The position numbers and the translations under genes were made by a program. Positions 57,127 to 64,000 of a stretch of 64,000 nt of DNA are shown here, piece after piece (position 1 is the first letter of the stretch; each line of letters starts with the position of its first letter). The notes beneath the pieces are model-generated. The model was not told the DNA's origin, did no database searches, and saw only the letters and a list, made by a program, of their open reading frames with translations. The stretch lies in contig OZ316891.1 in NCBI GenBank assembly GCA_973895155.1, positions 18,260,666-18,324,665 on the forward strand, in the 5' to 3' direction. This DNA comes from Marsupella aquatica. Its lineage: Eukaryota; Plantae; Marchantiophyta.

Positions 57127-60100
57127 ATGTTGCGTTTCCAGGACTTGGAGGACTCTGATGAGATTCCTCCCTTACGGGAAGCGAGGAGCAGTAGCAGCAA
57201 CGCAAGAACGCTTCCGCCACTGGGTCGAATTTTTGGGATACTGTTCGCTGCAGAGCCGCGAGAGCTGAGCAGAGGTCTTGCTGCGCAAGATAAACCAGGC
57301 TTTCAACAAGGTGGTGAGCCCAGCTACCGAACCAATTTAAACATTCTGTGACAAATTTTTCCTCGCTCTGTGCTGGCTTCCTTGTGGAATGGATTCTGGA
57401 GGCTAGAGGTTTTTAAATATAGTTTCCTTGTTCTGAGAATTTTGTTTGTGTATATATCACCTCTAACACTCAACAAATGATGGAAATTTAACAGGGGATT
57501 GGATTGTTGTGAAACGGTCAGAAATAATTTTCAACCTGTCCAAGCGGGGAGTTTAGATTAGACCAGCATCATCTTGCTTGTAGTTGTTGTTAACCATGGG
57601 GTTTGATTGAGTTCTGATGTCCTCCCGGAAGTAAAATGAACAGTCCACAGAGGGCATTGACAAATCCTTTGATGGCACGATCTAGCAGTACGAGATGTGA
57701 GATGGTTTTGCAATTTTTTCTCTCAGGATCCAACTCAAGACCGCACAGAGAGGACTTGGAGTGAGAACGTGCTCACGTCAGTGTCACGGGTATCCTGCAA
57801 CTGTTGTCATCTGAATAGCAGAGGCTGTACAGGTCCGAGCTGGCTTTTGATATTTTTTGGTGTATGTAGGATCCGTTGGCAGAGCAGCTGTGGGTCTGAT
57901 TCAACATGTGAAAGATAGGATTTCGGCTGGATTGTCACTGGAGCAGACATATGTGCCTATCTTAGAGCATGTAAGTTAGTGTACGGCTGACTTACTCTCT
58001 GCACCTATTCAATGTTGCAAATCAACAGATGTCCTCTAACCCTGTCTAAACCTCCAGGCCCCACTTTCAAGTGCATGCCCACTGGCAAGAAAATGTCTGG
58101 TTTTTGGTTGGCTCTTCCGCTCCCCTCCCGTCGACAGATGTTAATCGATAACGCATTCGTTCTCTTCTACAGGCTGTGAAGTCTAAGGATTCTAGTCATC
58201 GCAAGAGGTCTGTCATCCTCTTGCGCTGGCTGTTAGAGAATAGGGATGTTGGAGTGGCAGTTGCAGTCACTCTTGAGACAGTCATTGGAGCCACCCCAGG
58301 GAACAACAGGGTGAAATTAGGCTGGTGCGTGCTCATTCGTGAGTTGGTGCAAGGGTGGTCAGGTATGTATGGATTTTCTATGACATCCTTTTGAAATAGA
58401 TGTACCTGAGATGTCACAGGTATCAATTAAGCAAGAAAATCACGGTTACTCTTTCTGGAGTAGTTGTATGTCTTGGGCATTCTTCTGACCAGATTGTTTT
58501 CTGATTTTTGGATCAAAATTCAGGGCAGGTGGATACGGATAATCCGCTCCACAATAAGACAATGGAGACTTTTGTGGCTTGTATTTCTCAACTAGCTAAT
58601 ATTGTTGTCCTATCAAGGTAAACTTTGCTTATGCTCCAGTCCGTTTATGCCCTCTCTTTCGAACTGTACAATACTTATAGAACACGCAATTGTATCCAAA
58701 ACTTCTGGATTGCATGTTACTTGCCATCTGGAATCTTCAGATCAACGACCTTCTTCGAGTTATACTACCCATCATCAGGAATTTGCAGGAGCGTTATCTA
58801 CGGGCACCACCGAGATCTGAATAATACTGAACTTTTAGTAGCGCAATGTACTAACACCTGTCAACGTTGGTGAGTTCTCAGTGTAAAAGAAGGCAAGAAA
58901 AGGGTTCCAACTCGCCTGACAATCGCTGCGGCTGACTGCTTGCTGGCGATCACCAATGCACTTGCAGCCGGTCCTCCAGCTCAGCCTGACGTCTCACCAG
59001 AACAAAATATCGGTGGTAATCAACAGAAAAGATCGCTCATAACTTCTATAGATTCCAACTCTGACTCTGAAAGGAGCAGTTGGCTTGGTGTTGACAGCGA
59101 TGTGGACAATTTTCCGAGCACTTCCAATAGTGACCTTTTCAGCAATAAAAACAGACGAGAATTAGCACTTTGGGAGCAGCTGGACTATCTCCTCTCTTTG
59201 CTGAGGGAGCTCGAGGAGGTTCGTATTCGTTATTCCTTCTCACCAGTATGTATTTATCTAGTGCGTTTTGCTTTGTCTAGCATGAGAGACTTGGTATGAC
59301 TAAAGTTGTCTTTATCTTTTTGCTTGGGATTGTGGACTCTGGGTGAATTGTCTCAAAAAGCACATGATTGTCATGTTCAGATTTGTCACGTTCCTTTGTC
59401 AAAGTTCTTTTTCGAGCGAGGGGGAATATTTGCAGACAGTTATCTTGCTCTGGAATTCAAGGTGGCACTGAAGTTTGAAAGCTTCTGTTTCACTTGCAAA
59501 GATGGACGCTTTCATGTGCATCGTATTGTGTGTATTTGCAGTGGAATGACAAAGACAGGCCTGTTTTTACCAAAGGATTGCAGTGCATTTATAGGAGGTT
59601 GCAGTTGCTCGCAAGCTACCGTGACTCTCTACAGTCTCAAGAAGGAGGTCCGAAATGTCAGCCTTCTCGATTGACAACTCCCTTTGATCTCAGAAATTTT
59701 CATGTATCATTTTCCCCTGTCGTTACCAATACTATTGGAGTTTTTTTTGCCGCAGAAGGATTATAAATTGTTTCTGTATCACACCTGTTGTATGATGCCA
59801 ATATTTGTACAGAAGCGGAACTTGTCTGAGACTTCATTCTTAAAACGTCTGTCGTTCATTGGAGCACTTTCAAAAAACTCAGCTCATGAAGTGAACATAT
59901 TCATTCTTGCATGTGTTTGGGCGTAGGGGTTACTGACTGATAAGGGATGGTGGGCTGATATCTCAGGAGAAAGTGAAGTTTCAGTTGGAGCGGCAGTCCT
60001 GTCTGCATGCTGGCAGCACTATGGGGGCCTATTACTTACAGAGGACAAGAAACTTTCCTCACACCCAGAGCCGATCCTTCAACACTGGCTTGGTGCCCTA

Positions 60101-63100
60101 CAGGTTATTCTGTTCTGAAAGACCATATTATGAATCAAACAGCGACTTTTACCCCCCTCGGCTGAAATTAGTTCGGCTAGTTTGTACTATATAAGCTATT
60201 CAAAGATCTGATTATGCTTAAAATGAATTCACGAGACGGCATTTCCTGCGTTGTTGGCATGCAGTGCAGTAACTCGCATTCTTGTGAACCATGCAATGTC
60301 TGTCTGGTAATGCTGTAACTTTTGGATTCGTCCTACATGTCCAAACGTGCCTCTACTGGGTCTGATGTAATCGGTTTTTTCTCACCCTTTATTGTCCTCT
60401 TTGTCTCGTGGCCAAGCAGTACTATTTACAGCAAACAGAGGATTCTGACACAGAGGAAGAAAACAGGAAAACTATGGAAATGAGAGGTTACGCTCTGGCC
60501 TGCCTAACACTTGTCTTAGGGAGGCTCGATGCACGTCGCCTCGAACTGGCACTCCAGGAATTGGGGCCAGAGGTATTGAAAGCTATGTTTGATCAGGTAT
60601 GTGTTTATATGACGATATCTTGGTGTTTGTTTTACTTGGATTTCATGGTACGCGGCATTTTGCATCTTGCCCACTGGACAAAACCTTGCGAACATGGGAA
60701 GACTTGTAGTCCTATTGTACATGCATGCCTGCATGCTTCTTTGAACAAATTTTGGTTTGTTTGTTATCTAGCTGCGTGGGGCAGACGACAATATTGTAGA
60801 CCTGTGTGTTGCAATTCTACGGATAATTTTGTTCCGGCCATCATCGCCTACATCAGGAGACTCTATGTCTGTAGCACAAATGGAGTCTGTGGTACCAATG
60901 CTCTTGGAAATGCTTGATAAACGAGATATTGCATCGAGAGCTGTGGTACTCCTTGTGGCTGAATACTTTGCAGCGTATCCTCAACTACGTCCATTTGTTT
61001 TTTTTAAGTGCTATGCATAAGCTCATTCAACAAATAGCAATGTGTGGCACCTTCAGTCGTTGTAGTCATGCATATGCTGGTCATTTGCCATATTGATCTG
61101 CACACCGAAGTTTGTAAATATCTATTTTTCGCCGAGCTTGTTTCCTGGAACTACGGACTTAACCATTTTGAAGCCATCCTGAATCATTTGAAATGGAGCA
61201 GCTCTTCTCTCGTCTTGATTCTGAGGATTCTGGGCACCGGAGAAATGCCCTTGATGTCCTCACTGAACTTTTATCCATTTGTACAAGATCAGTGGACATG
61301 ATAAACTCATCTCTCAGGTCCTTACCTCAGCCTCATTTTTTAAGGCTGTGCTCGGAGATCTTCCTTAGCTGTTTCTTTGTTCATCTTCTTCATAAAGATT
61401 TATCTACATAGCCGTCGTGGAGGGTGAAGAGATTAATATAAGGAATGGGGAAGGAAAACCAAAAGGGGAACATTGTTTTCAGATTTCTGGGATAAATTTT
61501 TAAATCGTCAAAGCTTTCACGACATTAACTTCTTAATGTTCTAACTTTTTACCCGATTTTCACTAATTGCCACAAACTCCGTACTTCTGATCCTTGGTAG
61601 CCAGACGATTGCCAAGAATCTGTTCAAACGACTGGGCGATATTGAGCTTACCAATCGGGTGGTGGCATCTGCTCTTTTTGCTAAACTAGGTACAATATTT
61701 TGTATGAAAGCTTTCGTTTCGCTTAGAGGAATGTAATTTTGAAAACTGCAACCACATGTAGTTGTCCGTCCGGTATACAGTTCCAAAATTCTGAATACGG
61801 TCCCTGGCACACACTGGCGCAGATCCCTCATTCACACTCCCAGCTTTATTGGAATTCCTTTATTCCCCCGACGGCCGGATTCGGTCAGCTGCTAGTATAA
61901 GTGTTCTATCGGTGCTGAAGGGCCAAGTAAATCAGGGCAAAGTTGTTACTGAGCTTTTGGACTGTGCGACGTAAGTCCAAACCAATCCCGAGTTTCTATT
62001 TGTTCAGGATTCTTGATTGCCATAAATAGTTGAAATTTTGCTTGACGTGTTCGTACAAAAATGCAAGAGGTACTTCATTTATGTGTTCTCACACAGGCAT
62101 TGTAGAACTAATACTGCTATGCTCATATCATCTTCTGATAGTTCAACGTTCATGCTGTAGGAAAATGGTGAAATCCTGCTCGCCAGTACAAGATCATCGA
62201 TATGGGGGAGCAGTTAGTAAAGGGAGAAAGGCAGGTAGAAAGTTGTTTTGCAGTTGATCTTAGCCTCTTGTAACTAATGACTGCCTATCCTATTAATAGA
62301 AAGTTGTCCCTGTCAATATATAAGTGTCCCTGTCAATATACAAGCAAACCAAATCTCTGATCTTCGAGCGTGTTTCGGGTATCTCGCTTAAAATAATGAT
62401 GCGAGACGTATAATGTTGACATCCCATCTTGCTTGCCTGCAGATGGCCCCATTGACTTGGACCGGATTATGCGCCTTATACCAGATTGGGCGGAAACGGT
62501 GTGTTTAGCTCATTCAGATACTGTTGTTGCATTTCACCCATCCATCCAACATCCTCGCGTGATTAAATTAACTGACCTTAATACTTATTGCTTCCACAGG
62601 TTGATGATTGGGAGAATCTGATTCGTGTGGTTATATTAAAAATGTTTCAAGAACCTGCAAATGCTGTAATTCCACGATTCTTGAGCTCCATCAGCAATCA
62701 ACTTGCACATCACGTCCACGTTATCTTCCCTCTCATATTGGAAGAAATGCGTGGTCAACCTAAGTAAGAGCGCAAACAGTTTTGAACACTTGACTTTGTA
62801 CTGCCAGACCTATTCCACTGAACTGGTTCATCCAGGGCACAGTGTCTAGCAGAGATGCTTAACCATGACTAGAGTCTCATTTCTGTATGTAAAAAGTTAT
62901 GTGGTTAGAGCAGGTGTGTACGTCTGAGCACAGTTGGTTGATGGTTGCATAATGGGTTTCTATCTAGGGTGTTCTAGCTTTTAAGTGAGAGCACGTCATG
63001 CTCCTCAGTTGATATTCAGTGGTTGTAACACGACGCTTTGTTTTGCATAGACTCACTCCGGAACTCCTTTCAAAGCTTAGCGAAGAAAACTCCAAGACAA

Positions 63101-63773
63101 GCCAAGAAGGTGGTGCTCTTGGCAAGGAACTCTTTCAGCGACTTAGTCCTCTTCTAGTTTTGAGAGTTCTACCTCTCGATTCCTTCGATGAGCGCACCTC
63201 CAAAGAGCTATACGGTGCACTGTCTGCTCTCAATGCAGGTAACTCTGCGTACAAGAGCTGGTTGGAATGCTCTGATGAAAGTCATCTGGAATGACTATCT
63301 GCTTGGCATCGTAAAACTCCACAGTCACGCAGTTGAGCTTGCCGAATGCAGGTGATGGAGTTCTGGATACAGTCATTGAAGAGTCGATTACCAGCCTCTT
63401 AATGGACAGGTACCTCTTTTGCCCCTGGTGTCCTTTCTAGGAGTGCCAAATTTGGCTTTATGTACATGAAATGGGACAGTAAGTAGTCATATCATTTCAT
63501 AGTAAGACTAAACCATTTTCATAACTAGGTGCTGTGGTTTTCCCATCCATCCTCATGACAGTGTGAATCTAAGTGTGGAGTTCAATTTGATATGCATTCA
63601 AATGTAGCTCGTATATGTGCAGTTCCTGGTGCAATAGATGTCTTGTAGCAAGTTGAGATGTTATTTGATGCATGATTTGTGGTGTCTTCATGTTGGTTAG
63701 AGTGTGTGGAGGGTTTGAGTTTGAAGATGTCCGCAAGGTTGCATCGGAGCTCACTGGCCGTATTCTTCCCAAT
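57127..63773 (+). CDS. Large ARM/HEAT-repeat protein of unknown function, partial (continues beyond the window). Exons 57127-57313, 57870-57970, 58173-58362, 58524-58617, 58882-59218, 59542-59647, 59967-60103, 60420-60596, 60772-60974, 61174-61317, 61601-61689, 61823-61970, 62161-62234, 62443-62498, 62600-62763, 63051-63238, 63352-63409, 63701-63773
   Basis: Consecutive GT-AG exons keep phase and give a helical Leu-rich protein (VPILEH, LGWCVLIRELV, PTRLTIAAADC, SACWQHY, LFQRLSPLLVLRVLP, EFEDVRKVASELTGR). From memory it resembles Arabidopsis At3g57570, not verified by search. Some exon edges are uncertain. Confidence 0.8.
60975..61173 (+). other. U12-type (minor spliceosome) GT-AG intron
   Basis: Donor /GTATCCTC. 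Branch site ACTTAAC at 61157-61163, about 10 nt before the AG, with no polypyrimidine tract. Splicing here preserves frame (AEYFAA|HPESFEMEQL). Confidence 0.8.
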
Positions 63774-64000
63774 GTAAGTTTTCGTAAGCTGATCACAGCA
63801 TACTCTTTAGAAGACAGCATTATATCATGAGAAGAATAACAGACTTCTCTACAGTGGTCGCAAGTTCAATATAGGTTTGGATTGGATTCTTGTATAAATT
63901 GACAAACAAAGTCACTTAATTTTCTAATCAGCTTCACTATACCGATGGACAACCCCAGTTTCAAGTATTGCTTAAATACCGTCTTGTTTAAACCCCCAAA

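Overview
Eukaryotic, intron-containing land-plant nuclear DNA; a bryophyte or liverwort is my inference from gene style and repeat content, and the species is not established. I could build eight protein-coding gene models by hand from splice sites and reading frames: intronless CBP20 (+), intronless COX10 (-), 9-exon NSA2 (+), 8-exon plastid DXS (+), a 2-exon PP2C-like protein with altered catalytic motifs (-), an ERD15/PAM2 protein (+), a bacterial-type OpgC/MdoC-like acyltransferase-3 with one intron (-), and an ARM/HEAT-repeat gene of at least 18 exons (+) that contains a U12-type intron and runs off the window. Intergenic DNA carries many short tandem duplications, a 5'-truncated LINE-like insertion with an 18-bp target-site duplication (TSD), and a three-level nest of TG...CA LTR-type elements (41748-48511), each level with its own 5-bp TSD. 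The most notable observations are the probable horizontally acquired acyltransferase whose only intron is bounded by an 8-bp direct repeat, the ORF-bearing 4.4-kb solo-LTR-like unit, the candidate PP2C pseudophosphatase downstream of an ABRE cluster, and the loss of all introns from CBP20. No database searches were run; family names come from motif recognition.
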